From the human T2T-CHM13v2.0 reference genome, Homo sapiens: a DNA stretch of 64,000 nt. The position numbers were made by a program, and so were the translations under genes. This document shows positions 42,390 to 57,279 of the stretch, in pieces; the first letter of the stretch is position 1, and every line of letters starts with the position of its first letter. The notes under the pieces were generated by a model. The model saw only the letters and a program-made list of their open reading frames with translations. It was not told the origin of the DNA and ran no database searches. The stretch lies in the NCBI RefSeq assembly GCF_009914755.1, contig NC_060927.1; one strand, given 5' to 3'.

Positions 42390-42610
42390 AGGGAATGGGA
42401 ATGTATTCCAGGTTCTGTGCTAAGCTTTTTATATGTATTATCTGATTTGATCTTCACAATAACCCTGTAATGTAGGTATTATCCCATTTTACCAGTGAAG
42501 AATGTCAAAGTCTCATAGAAGGTATAGAACTTGCTCAAATACACAGAATCTGTGGAATAGTTAGGCTGAAAGCCCAGCATTAGTGAGATCCAAAGCCAAT
42601 GATTGTAACT
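42390..42610 (-). mobile_element. MIR
   Basis: ttctgtgctaagc...atcttcacaataaccctgt...attatcccattttac...aacttgctcaaat. Confidence 0.75.
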
Positions 42611-42764
42611 CTCACATGATCCATATCACTCAACTGCATTTGTTTGGAGTATACACTATGCATGGCTAGCCACCAAAAGTTAAGCTTTTCACTTTAAATT
42701 TTATTTCATAATACCCTCCTGCCTCGGAAAAATAGATCTGTATATAAAATAACATAAATTTTTA

Positions 42765-43672
<908 letters not shown>

Positions 43673-44065
43673 TTATAATATCCTAAAACTGAGGTCAAAA
43701 GAATTACTGATCTGAATAAAATATAGCACTGCTTTGAATATCATTTGAGGGAGAGTAAATTATATGTGGTCTCATGAAAAATGTCCTAGATGAAGGGTAT
43801 GGAGAGATTTAATTTCACATCATGGCATTTACACAGATTACTCACTTGGCCAAAGCAGATGGCCTCTGTGGGCCTCTCTTTCCTCATCTTTAGAATAAAC
43901 TAGGTGATCCTTTTCAGATTTAAAATTCTGTGATCCAACCAACATTCACAAGTCTGAAGTGATGAAGGATATTAAACATTTTCTGGATCTATTCCAAACC
44001 CTCAATATAGCATTATATCTAAAATTCAAGCCCTGAGTTGAATTCCCATTTCCAGTGTAATCATG

Positions 44066-44440
44066 TATTATTAGTCTGTTCTCACGTTGCTGTAAAGAAC
44101 TACCTGAGACTGGGTAATTTAGAAGAAAAGAGGTTTAATCGACTCACAGTTCTGCATGGCTGGGGAGGCCTCAGGAAATTTACTATCATGGTGGAAGTCA
44201 AAGGGGAAGCAAGGCAGGCCTTCTCATGGCCAGAAAATTGGGAAAAGAGGGAGAGCAAAGTGGGAAGTGCTACACACTTTTAAACAACCAGATCTCATGA
44301 GAAGTCACTCACTATCATGATAACAGCAAAGAGGAAATCCACCCCCATGATCCAAAGACCTCCCAGCAGGTCCTCCCCCCAACATTAGGAATTACAATTT
44401 GACATAAGATTGGGTGGGGACACAGAGCCAAACCATATCA
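44066..44440 (-). mobile_element. MST (MaLR) solo LTR
   Basis: Homologous to the 24222-24588 LTR. 5-bp TSD tcatg at 44061-44065 and 44441-44445. Confidence 0.9.
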
Positions 44441-44942
44441 TCATGCTTTTAATCATGGTTCACACACAGGAAATCTAGGCCGTAATCATCCATGTATTTG
44501 TGGAACTTCCTAATAAACCATAAGCTTTTTGAAGAAAGGGACTGAGTGTTGTTTCACTACAGATCCTCTGTGCCTGATGTACAACACAAGCCTCATACAT
44601 AACTGGCTGAATGAATAAGTAGGATTTGGGAATCTATAGGTAATTCAGGTAACTACAATAACCTGTGCTAATTCAGGAAAGGAAGAGCTTCAATAAATAA
44701 TGCCAAAAGGAAATATTTTACCAGAGCAAATAGTAATTGCAAACTGACACAGATTATGCCTCTTCTTATTTAGTAATTCTCAAATGTAGGTTGCAGATGA
44801 TTAGTAATATGTGGGGGTGCTCCACATCCAATCAAGAATTCCAGACACAGGCAGCATCTCCTACAAATGTAGCACTCCTCTTTGACAAACCAGCAGTTAG
44901 GGGAGCAACTGTTGCTCTTAATTAAGATCTATTTTTCTTTAA

Positions 44943-45240
<298 letters not shown>

Positions 45241-45267
45241 TTTCAAAATATTTTAATCAAATGTTCA

Positions 45268-46282
45268 TGTATTAGACTTATCAAAAATATGGAATTGGTT
45301 GGTCCTACAAAAGATAACAAAAAGTATATATTTCAGAGAATCAACTATAAGTTATTATTATTAGCAAGAAAGGTAATTAAGGTGACCAGACACAAGATCA
45401 ACATATAGAAATAATTACATGGCAGTTAAATATACTTAGAAAATTTAGTGAAGATAGGATACCTTTATCAATAGAGAGCAGTTGTATGCCATAAAGTACC
45501 CTGGCATAAAATGTCCATGCAATGAATAAGAACTATATGGAGAAAATTTTAAAACTTTATGAAGAAACATAAGAGAATATTTTATTAATTGAAGAAGTAT
45601 ACCTAGTTTCTAAATAAAATGACCCAGTATCTTAAAAGTATAAATCCCTTCCCCAAATAAATCTATACACTTAATGCAATCCCAATCAAAATCCTAACAG
45701 TAAAATTTTATGAAACTTGACAAGCTGATTCTAAATTTATGTAAAAGAGAAAATGCCAAGAATGTTTGAAAATGAACAATGTGATAGCACTTGCTTTACC
45801 AGATATCAAAATATATTTAGAGGTTATCATAACTAAAATAGTATTATATTGATGCAGAAATAGACAAATAGTTCAGTGGAATAGAATAAGGAGTTTTAAA
45901 ACAGATCTATGTGTTCATAAGAATGTGTTTTATTATATAGAGAGTGTTACAAATGCAAAAGGGAGTGTGGAGACCAAGGTATATACTATGTAATAGTTAC
46001 TACTTTCTATCGATAAGGGTATCCTATTTTCTACTTTCTATTAATAAAGGTATCCTATCTTCACTAAATTTTCTAAGTATATTTAAATTTTCTAAGTATA
46101 TTTAAATTTTCTAAGTATATTTAACTGCCATGTAGTTATTTCTGTATGTTGATCTTGTGTCTGGTCACCTTAATTAACTTTCTTGCTAATAATAATAACT
46201 TATAGTTGATTCTCTGAAATACATATTTTTTGATATCTTTTGTAGCACCAACCAATTTCATATTTTTGATAAGTCTAATACA
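45268..46282. repeat. Inverted duplication, arms 45268-45481 and 46031-46282
   Basis: Manual alignment of the reverse complement gives ~11 substitutions over 214 bp. The right arm carries two extra copies of a 19-bp unit. Confidence 0.95.
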
Positions 46283-46292
46283 AGAATTAAAA

Positions 46293-46585
46293 GGCGAGGC
46301 ATGGTGGCTCACGCCTGTAATCTCAGCACTTTGGGAGGCCGAGGTGGGTGGATCATGAGGTCAGGAGATCGAGACCATCCTGGCTAACACGGTGAAACCC
46401 CGTCTCTACTAAAAATACAAAAAATTAGCCGGGCCTGGTGGTGGGCGCCTGTAGTCCCAACTACTTGGGAGGCTGAGGCAGGAGCATGGGGGTTAACCCA
46501 GGAGGCGGAGCTTGCAGTGAGCCGAGATTGCACCACTGCACTCCAAGCCTGGGCGACAGAGCAAGACACTGTCTCAAAAAAAAAG
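46293..46585 (+). mobile_element. AluY
   Basis: AluY diagnostics. TSD agaattaaaag at 46283-46293 and 46586-46596. Confidence 0.93.
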
Positions 46586-48244
46586 AGAATTAAAAGTATG
46601 AAAAATGAGGTTTTAAATCTTGAGGCAGAAAAAGGCCATTCTAAGCAATATACAAAATTTACAAACCACAAAAAAAATCAGTTTTGAGTAGCTCGAAAAT
46701 TTAAATTTCTATACAAAGAAAGATGCCATAGACAGAATTAGAAGATAATCAACATTCATCAAAAGACACCATTAGGCAAGAGGCAAGCCACAAAGTAAAA
46801 GACTATGTAAATAATCCCTACAGATCAATTTTTAAAGCAGATAATCAAACAAAAAATGGTTAAGGTATTTAGATCATATGCCTCATGTGAGACATTTCAC
46901 ATGAGTAAATATTCAAATAATCAATAAACATATAAAAGTATTCAATCTCATTGGTCATCAGGGTAAGGTAACCTCAGTAAGAATACCCATCAGAATGTCT
47001 GAAATGAAAAAGACCAACAGTTTTATGTATTGGTAAAGAAGGGTATGGAGCAAGTGAAAGTCTTGAACACTCCTGGTGAAAATGTAAATTAGTACAATCT
47101 CTTTGACAAACTGTTATCTACTAAAATCAAACATACATACTGTCCCTGGTGTATTCCCAACAAAAATGCAATTCACCAGAAACTACGCATAAGCAAAGCA
47201 TTTATCATATTATCTCAAAACTGGAAATAATCCAAAAGTCCATCAACAGTAGAATGAATAAATTGTTTCATATTCACACAATGGAATATTATACAGCAAT
47301 AAGAATTTTTAATTAATTCATTTATTTTTGGTATATAAGTTCCTCTACTCACTTGTTCACTTTTAAAATCAGCCCCAAGCCATACTCTGGCATCTAACCC
47401 ATTATCTAATTATGTGACTAGAGACAATGTATGGAGAAGGGAATGATGAGTACCTGCATTCTTTTACAAGGTACTTCTCTCAGGTGGAAATGTGATAATA
47501 GCCTCATCTGACATGGAGGAGAAGCTGCTCAATCTGGAGAACAAGGGAACTTTACATGGAATTCGGGCTCAGCATAATCCAGTCATCTGAAATCTCTTGT
47601 ATATCTCTATTCCAGTTCTCTTTCATTCTTTTACTGAATAATTACTTTCACGTAAAGGATCCAACTAAGCTATGAATTCAACTGATGGCACAAGTTTGGC
47701 ATCTCAAAGGATTAAATCTTTATTTGATATTGAGTAACATTAGTCCTTGGGTTTCAAGAAATAAAAGACACTTTTAGCTTCATCTAAAAGTCTTCTAGTC
47801 TTGGAAAGTCTTCATGAAATTATTGGAAGTCGTCATGAAAATCTTCTAGTTTCACCCCAATGCCTTGAGTCAAAACTTAAGAGACTTGACTTATTTATTT
47901 TATTTAAGATGCCCAGGGCCCTGGAGCACCTATCCTACTCATAGTCTTGAATTTCTCATGTCTCCTCATACTACCTTGTGACAATAACAAAATTTTTATC
48001 CACAGTCTTATCCTCAATAGACACTTCATTCTAGATCACCACAAGCAATAATTCAAATAATTTTACATCATAATAGTTGTTTCACCACCCCTTGCCACGG
48101 TCTGCCAAATTCAAATCTTTGAATACCAGTAGGATTCCCATTGCCTTCATCCCCCTTCAGGCTATGTAACCAATTCCAGCTCTTCCTCAGTTCCTTGAGG
48201 GTCTTTTGACTATGATCTACTCTCTTGTTAATTACTATAACTTT

Positions 48245-48569
48245 TGGAGTTTTTATTGCAATCAATAGAAATGATCTCTGGCTAACATAAGCAAAAAGAA
48301 TTTTTAGAAGGCCATCAGGTAGCTCACCACATCAATGGAAAGCTTGGAACTTGAGCAAGAACAAAGGGAGATTAGACAGCCAGAAACAGTCTAGTAAAGA
48401 CACAGCCTATGGCACTATCAGAGCCACTACAGAATATTAATCAACTATCCCTGTGGCTTTGCATCATTTCCTCAAGCTTCAGTGACTTAGGCAAGAGTAG
48501 CAAATTAACCAGGCCAGGATGCTAGGATGTTTCAATAAAAAACAAAACAAAAAAGACAAATGTCTATTA

Positions 48570-48570
<1 letters not shown>
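48245..48570 (-). mobile_element. Old MLT1-type LTR fragment
   Basis: tttattgcaatcaatagaaatgatctctggctaacataagcaaaaagaattt...tagctcac. Confidence 0.55.
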
Positions 48571-49713
<1,143 letters not shown>

Positions 49714-49819
49714 TAAAGCTGAAAAAGGGGACTAGGTTCAAGCAGCAGAGATGCAGGCCTGGAATTATAGTCTTTCCTGGAACTATATGGATCAAAAAGA
49801 AGCAGAGTTCATAGTTAGC

Positions 49820-50030
49820 TGTGGCACATGTTTGAATCTTTACTCCACAACTTCTCAGTTGTGTGTTAGCAGGAAAATTACTTAACCTCTCTGAGCTTCA
49901 GCTTCTCCCATCTGTTTATAAAATAAGAATAATCATAGTATCTATCACAGAGTGGTTGTGAGGACTAAATGAAATAATTAAAATGCTCAGTACTGTGCCT
50001 AACCCATTGTAAGAAAGTCATGAATGGTGG
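49820..50030 (+). mobile_element. MIR
   Basis: ttacttaacctctctgagcttcag...catctg...gtggttgtgaggactaaatga. Confidence 0.8.
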
Positions 50031-50899
50031 CATGCTCTCACTCACTCTCTCCCTTGCCTCCCTTTAACAAAGTAAGGGGAGTATAAAGCATTACCCTTTA
50101 TTTTGACAACATCTTCTATTCAAGTACTCCCACTATATAAGAAATCATTTCTATAGAAGATTTTTGTTGTTGTTATTGTTATCTCCTCAGTTTTCAACTC
50201 ATTTTGACTTAGGCAGGATCATATTAATGATCCCCACTTTCTCAGATGAAGGAACTAAGTTCCCGAAAGGCCCGATGCCTGGCATAGGTCATAGGCTTCA
50301 CCACTGAAGAGTAGACTCACCACTCCTGCAGAAGCTCCCAGGCACCCAAGGCCACCCTTTTTCTAATCAAACCTTAATAGGTGCTGCTTCAGGGCATGTA
50401 GCAGAAGACCTTTAGTGGAAGAAAAACATAAGCAATTTGTTAAAAATATTTTTGCACAGCAAACCATGCATAGCTTTGGGTTTTACCCTTAAAAGCCTCT
50501 TGTTTTAAAAAAGAAAAAAATAATCCAAAATCTGATCAATAGCAGAGAAGCTGTAATACTGATCTCTTTCACCAGAGATATTTACAACCGAATAGGGCTT
50601 TGGAGCCAAGATTCTAACAGCAATGAAAATGATGTGGCCAGAGAAAGGGGTAAAGAAAGATGTCGGCGATAACATCCTTGGGATAACTCTAAGCTCCATT
50701 ACACTATCCAAAAGAAATATAATAGGATTTGAGGCCCAATTATTACTTCCTCCATCTAACCCCCTTCATTTAACATATCATTAGTATTTTTAGACGAGTC
50801 CCTCAGGGCTCTCACACTTTCGTAGGTGAGTCAGACAGCAAGAGCAGTGGCAGCTATCCAAGGAAACTTATCCTTCCTTTAATGCTCCCTTCTGGTTAC

Positions 50900-51450
50900 C
50901 TGCTATAATGCAATTATCATGTACTGAAGCAATTTTCGGGAAAATGACTTGACAAGAAGAACTCTGTCATTTTGTAAACAAGAACAAACGTTGTAATTGG
51001 ATCTTAATTACACAATGTTCTGAGAGGTTATTTTTATTTCTTTGTTTGTAATGCAATTATTTAGCTTCCCTATTTTAGCCTTGACCTTGCAGGGAGAGGG
51101 TATTTTCCAGTCAGCATAATGCTTTATCTTTGAAAGCTGCAATCAATAAGGATAATTAATGATGCCGGCTGCAATGATAGCCTCAGCAATCATTATCCCA
51201 CATTAATCCCTGCAGTCAGGCTGGGGTCAAGGCCATCTAAATCATTCACCCAGGGGTGGAGAAATTCAAATAATTTACCAATTTAAATCCTTGCAAACAA
51301 ATCCCACTTTATTTTCAAAGCAGTTTGAATGCTGGCTGGGTTTGTTTTGTGTATTTTCACTGGGTGCTTTTTTTTTTAAATGACAGAGTATATACTTTAT
51401 ATTAGCATTGCGGTTTTGCTATGTTTGTGTTTTGATAAATTAATGTAAAA
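50900..51450. promoter_or_regulatory. Putative conserved non-coding / developmental enhancer
   Basis: No recognisable repeat. Dense TAATTG/TAATTA/TAATCC, GTAAACA, ACAATG, CTTTGAA, TGACCTTG, TCAAGGCCA and TAAATCA motifs. Conservation was not tested. Confidence 0.45.
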
Positions 51451-52002
51451 ACATGCAGCACATGAATGCTACTGAGCCTGGAGGTACATGGCACATCTAG
51501 CATTTCAAACATTGTCCCTAGCTTTAAAAGAAGAAGGGGGAGAAAGAGAAATGTGAGAAATAGGGGAGGGGAAAGAAAGGAAAGGGAATGGAGGGCAGAA
51601 TGAGATCCAGTGGCTCAGGCTAGCAGAGACCCTGGGAAGAAGGTTGAAAAATTACAAGTTGGAAAATCTTTGAGGTGAAACTGCAGGCTTATTCAGTATT
51701 GTGGAGAAAGAGGACTGTTGGATGTGAAACTTCATGGTGGATCTTGCAGAACAACCTCTGTTAAGGTCTATTTCTTCCTAATTTTTGCCTTTTGTACCCT
51801 GCCTTTCCCAAACAGGCAAATTGGATGACTTGATGTATGCTTCTAATTGTCTGCAATAGATCACACCCTGTTATGAAGAATTCCACTGTGCTCCCTGATA
51901 TTTTTCAATGATTTAATTTTAATTAATGTTTTGCTATAAATCATACGCCTAGTCGGAATACACTGAAGATGATACCAAATTGATGCCTCATCTATGTGTG
52001 TG

Positions 52003-52004
<2 letters not shown>

Positions 52005-52039
<35 letters not shown>
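52005..52039. repeat. (TG)17 microsatellite
   Basis: Read directly. Confidence 0.97.
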
Positions 52040-52041
<2 letters not shown>

Positions 52042-52842
52042 CCAGAACTGAAGTAGCAAGTGAAGAGTTATTTTATTCCATTGGGTCTCAATAAATATTT
52101 GATGATATGATTTGGCCTAGTTTACCTCAGTCCCCTTTTATAAAGTCATGTAACATATAGGAAGAAATCGTAGCAGCTGAAGTGAACTTTCCTGGCACAG
52201 TAATTAGGGACTGGATGTTTGTGGGGGTTGGAGATGGAGGACAGCCGAGAGATAACTGCTGCAAGCAGAGTAAAAGATCTGGAAAGCACTCAGCCAGAGT
52301 CCCTCTCTCCCCTCACCCGTGGGAAGTTCTCTGCAAAGACTGTGTTGAAAGCTGCTGAGAATTTATCACCCGTTGCTTTTTCATTATGAACAATGCCTGC
52401 TAAAGAGAAAGCACTTAACATGTCTGAGCACCATTATTATATTCACGATAAGGAATTCTTTCTAATGAGATTTTATCACTTTATTGCCCATCTTCCAAAT
52501 GCAGATCCTTGTTTCATCCTGGCAAAGGAAAAAACAGAAGATATTTTAGGGGTCTTGGGATAATGTGAGTGGAAGGAAGAAGTGAGTAAAACTGAACTAA
52601 GAAGAGGAAAGTGAATATGTATTTGAACATGGAAAAGCACATGTCATTCTAGATTGGACTATAAAATAGCATGTTCCCTTCCAGCTCTCCAGCAGTCTAC
52701 TCACTTGCCATCTGCCTTTCTAGGCTTGTGATTTTTGAAAAAGAACCCAATCCTCTTCTATCTTCACTCTACCTTCTCTGGCCTCTTCACCTTGCATTTC
52801 TTCAATAAGCATTTGTTGTTGTTGTTGTTGAGCACCTACAAG

Positions 52843-53562
52843 CAGAGCTGGCTATGTAATTTGCAGACCCACTGCAAAATGAAAATTAGAGGCCTCACCC
52901 AGGACAGTGAAGTCAATCTCCATTGCCCATGAGCCAGCCACCCCAATCCATAACAGACAGGCATCCCCATCAAGGGACTGCAACCTTTGCACTAGAGGCA
53001 CTGGCACCTGAATCTAGTAGTGGAAGAGAGGCCCCTACAGAGTCATACACCAAATTCACCATGGAGCTTCCAGCCTGGGAAAGGTACAGCCACTGCCTTG
53101 CCCTATCTAAGACACCATGAGGCACACATTCAACTGTAAACCTTCTCTACCCATGCCCAGGCCCTGCTGAGGGCTCAGAGTAACAGTAGAATGTGAGTGT
53201 CTTCCTACCTCAGCAGTGTGACCTGGTTAGTACCTCAAGCAGAAGGCAGCAGCAGTATTAGGACAAGTAGGGAAGTGGAGGATAGGCAGGGCCAGAGCAC
53301 CAAGAGGCATGAAGCAGGCAGTCTAGAGCCCATCCTGGAGAAGTGGCAAGGCAGTGTGAGCCCAGGCATTGAGCCCCCTGACACACACCTCACTGTCCCA
53401 TTGGACTTCACTTACACTAACCCAGACAAATACAAATGTAAAGATAAAATTATTAAGAACTTCAAGACAGCAACTGTAGAGCAGTTAACCCCAAACACAG
53501 GACCTTTCTGAGAACAGAGCCCTTGTCAATTGCACTGACCACTCACCCATGTGGCTGTTCTT
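52843..53562 (-). mobile_element. MER45-family (MER45B/C-like) hAT-Tip100 element
   Basis: Ends ctggctatgtaatttgcagacccactgcaaaatgaaaat ... aaattattaagaacttcaagacagc match MER45 termini. Confidence 0.75.
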
Positions 53563-56500
53563 CCTACTATGTACCAGGGGGAAGACCCATAGAAGGAAAA
53601 GACTCAAATGCCTGATCTCTAGAAGCTTATAATCTAGTAGGAGACACAGGCATTTAAAAAAAAAAAAAAGCTACATCACAATGAGGGTGTTAGTCATTGA
53701 CCACCAACTGTGTCCCCAGGCACTGTACCGAGCACCTTACATGGATCATCAACATAATTCTCACAATGACCTCATGAGGCAGCATTATTATTATTACCCC
53801 TATTTTCTAAATTAAAAAAAAAACAAGGTTTAAGAAGTTAAGTAACTTCCTCAAGGTCATATAACTGGAAAGAGGCAGCCCCAGGATTTGAATGCAAAAT
53901 AGATGCTCCTAAGCCTACTACCCTGCTGCTTCCCTTATCAGAGAGATTTGTGCAAAGTACTCTACAGAGAACCCAGATGTCACTAGCACTGCCCTGCAGG
54001 AGTTGAGAGAGGCACTAGAAAAGTGACACATTTGAGCTAGATTCTGAAAAATGAGCTGGAATTTACCCATCAGAGAAGAAGGAATGATGGGCATATAGAC
54101 ATAGGAGGGCATAGAAAAATCAGGAAATTCTTATGGATGAAGCAAGGGATACATGGCAGAAAGCATAGGGGAATAAACCTGGGGAGCAGAGTGAGCCCAT
54201 ACAAGAAGCACGTCCTGTTAAGGCCTTGGGCAGTGGGGAACAGTGACAGTAAGATGGGTGGTAGGTAACATGATCAGATTGCTAATCTCTCAAGCAGCCC
54301 GGCCAAATTTATATGGAACACAAAGAAGAAAACACAAAAATGATTATCTTTTTTTTTTGGAAATCATTCTCAACTTATGCCAAGGATTTTGCAGAGGCCC
54401 TGCAAGAGCAAAGTCATTCTTCCAGAACAGCTGCCAACTCAGAGAAGAAAAGGCTGAAGAATGAGTGAAGACATACAAGTCATTGGGAAAAACCCCTAAA
54501 GAGAAGGAAAACCTAGGGTGGTCAGAAATGTGAGCTCATTCCCATGACAGCAGAAGAGAGGGGCCGTGGAATAAGGCCTCTTCTGGTAGCTATTGTACTG
54601 AGATATTGTTACTGGCCAGACCAGTGTTTGAAATGAACTAATATAATGGAGCCAACTATGGCATCCCAAAGAGTTACTTACAGCCAATCAGTGACCCCAA
54701 ACTGGATTGGAGTCAAATAATGTCAAGTTTAATGCTGGCTTTGCCTCTAATAAGCTCTGCAATCTTGGGCCTGGACAGCTACTTATCCCAAAACATTTTC
54801 CCAGGAGACAGGTGGCTGAGACAAGGTGAAGATACACATTAGAATCAGACAGATCTGATTTCAAATCCCAGCTCTGTCACTGGCCAGTTGCATGACTTTG
54901 GGCAAGTTATTTACCCTCTAGAAGACCTGGTCTCCTGATCTGTAATGAGGATAAAAATTTTAACCATAAAAACATATTAGAAGTATGAAATTATATAACA
55001 AAGTAATGCGTGCCTGGAATACTACACAGCATGGTGCCAAAAACTCTCAGTTGCCCTTATCTTTTCTAGTCTTCGTTGTTCTCATCTGTGGTGAGAGGGA
55101 GCACTAGACAAACTCCAAGTAGCCCCCTAGCTCTACCATTCCTTGACTCTAAAACCTTCCTCCGTTTCCATCTTTGAGCACACTTTTCACACCACGCTGT
55201 GTCCTAGAGACAGAATGACTAGTACTGTCTCTGCCCCTGTGGAGTTTAATATTCTGGCAAAGAAGCATTTTTTAAATCAATTATTTGTGAGTGATAGCAA
55301 GGAGAATGAGTTGCCCAACAGTAGTTTTTATAAGCTGGGCGGGGGGGGGGCGGGGCTCCCTCTCTCAAAATGTCTTTCCTCATACCTCAAAAGTTTCCTT
55401 TTGAGAGTCAATCCTTGGAAGTTTGAATTATTGAATGGGAGATAAAACACCTTAAGCTATTCTTGGCTAATGGTTTAGAGTGATTGGTTAACAGTGAGGT
55501 AAGAGCTGGAAGGGAATAGGGATAGCAGGATAGAGGCCTAGAGCAAGGGCAGGGGTAGGAAGGCATCAAAGAGAAGATGAGTGCCCCACGCAGAAGACTG
55601 AGCATCTGTGGCGTTTGTGCTAAGTGGCTGAACTCCCCTCTCCCCGGCTCACCTAAGGACCAACCTCTGTGGCCAAGTTTGAGAATCCAGCTATGAATTC
55701 CAATTTTTTTACTGAACAAGCTCCACAACCTAAGCATTTTAGTTCCCAGCTTTATCTGGGCTTATATTAACTCCATTCAATACAAAATAAAACCGAGAGG
55801 CTGAGCACGTACTTAATTTTCTTCACTCTTTTATGTTTTAAGATCTTAATTTGTCTAAAGGCTTTAGATTTTTTTCCTTAAAATTTTACGCTCTCTTCAT
55901 ACTTAGATTCATTAGTTTGGAATGTGATAATAGTTGTGGTGAAAGCTGGAAACTGTTGGGATTTTCTTGTCTTTAAAAGTTCAAAGGAGATGCTCAGAAA
56001 TGAGTCTCCTGTATCAAAAAGTGAACAGTGATAACCAAATTAAATTAGTCCAGGAGCTACATCTAAATCCACATGTCCATTCCTTTGCAATGTTTGCTAC
56101 TTGAGGAATACAATGTCTTCACATTTCTCTGTGAGAAATAAAAAGACCCCCCTCACACTGTTCAGTCCTAAACATAAGATCTGGGATTTTGCCAGCCTCT
56201 CAATCACTTCCTGATGGCTCTCAATGCTGAATTGGCATTTCTTTGGCCTTGGGAAGAAATCAGAGGGTGTACTGGCTGCTTTCCAAACGAGACATAGAAG
56301 CAGAAGAAGGGTGGAAGGGGAAATGCTTCCCATAGCATTGAATTTTTAAAACAGTGAATCTTGCTGCTAAAACATTTTAGGCTCCTCCTCCTAATTCTTT
56401 CAGAAGCATGGTCTGGTCAATAAATGGTAGCTGTGCCCCTAATATTACACACATGGTCACTTAACTTGAGCAAATTCAGCCACACACCAGAGACAGAAAA

Positions 56501-57279
56501 GAACATTCTGTTGTGAAGGCCACACCAATTGCCATTCCACTCAATGCACATGGGCCCAAAGGACGACATATGAGGGTTGCATCTGCTGCCATTCCCTTCG
56601 CTGGTCTCAGGTCTTATAACCTTTCTCATTATGTGTCTTCTCCTGCTGAATGGATCTCTGGTGCTTTAAGTTTTGTTTTGTTTGTTTTTTATGTCTCCTA
56701 AATGTGAGCCAATCTCAGTTCTTCACCTGATGTACAAGCAAAGGAAAAGTCTACGTAAGACACTTTTGCAGGGCAATTTTGACCATACTCAATCCTCGCC
56801 TTATCTATTGCCTTTGAAACAAAAATCCTCCATGAGTGGTGCCTCTATTTTCCTTCCCAACTCAGGTTCTGGGCATCCACAGTGCACCAAGGAACAGAAT
56901 GTAGCACCAATTCTTAAAATATCCTAGTCGGAAAGAAATTTAGAAGGCATGAAGTCTAAAAGACGCCAGCATCATGGAAGTGTCTTGCACAAGGTCCCAC
57001 CTGCAGAGAACAGAGATAGAATTCTGGCCTCTGGTGCTTATGCTGCATTTGAGAGAAGCACTTTGTGTTTTATTTATACAAGGCTGTTATTCAACTCAGC
57101 CTGTGGTGTCTGTAGTAGATTACAAACAATTATCAAATTTGGAGTGATCATCATCAATTGCAAACAACAAATAGAAAATCAATCAAGCTTCTATTAGAGG
57201 TGCCATGTGATGCATTCTTTTCCTGCTAATGATAAGTCTCTGAAAATGCAGTGCTATACTCTAGAGAGTACACTCAAAA

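Larger units (their letters stand above)
45250..47310 (+). mobile_element. Old L1M (ORF2 3' part) fragment, disrupted by an inverted duplication and an AluY
   Basis: Decayed L1 motifs (acaagatcaacata, aatgcaatcccaatcaaaatcc, gacaagctgattctaaatttat, gtccatcaacagtagaatgaataaattg). Confidence 0.75.

Noticed and set aside
43959-44036. GTGATGA...CTGA spacing reminiscent of a C/D-box snoRNA
   Set aside because: No terminal stem and no recognisable guide complementarity.
46065-46121. Three 19-bp direct repeats considered as a CRISPR-like array
   Set aside because: The repeats are contiguous with no spacers, the context is eukaryotic, and there are no cas genes.
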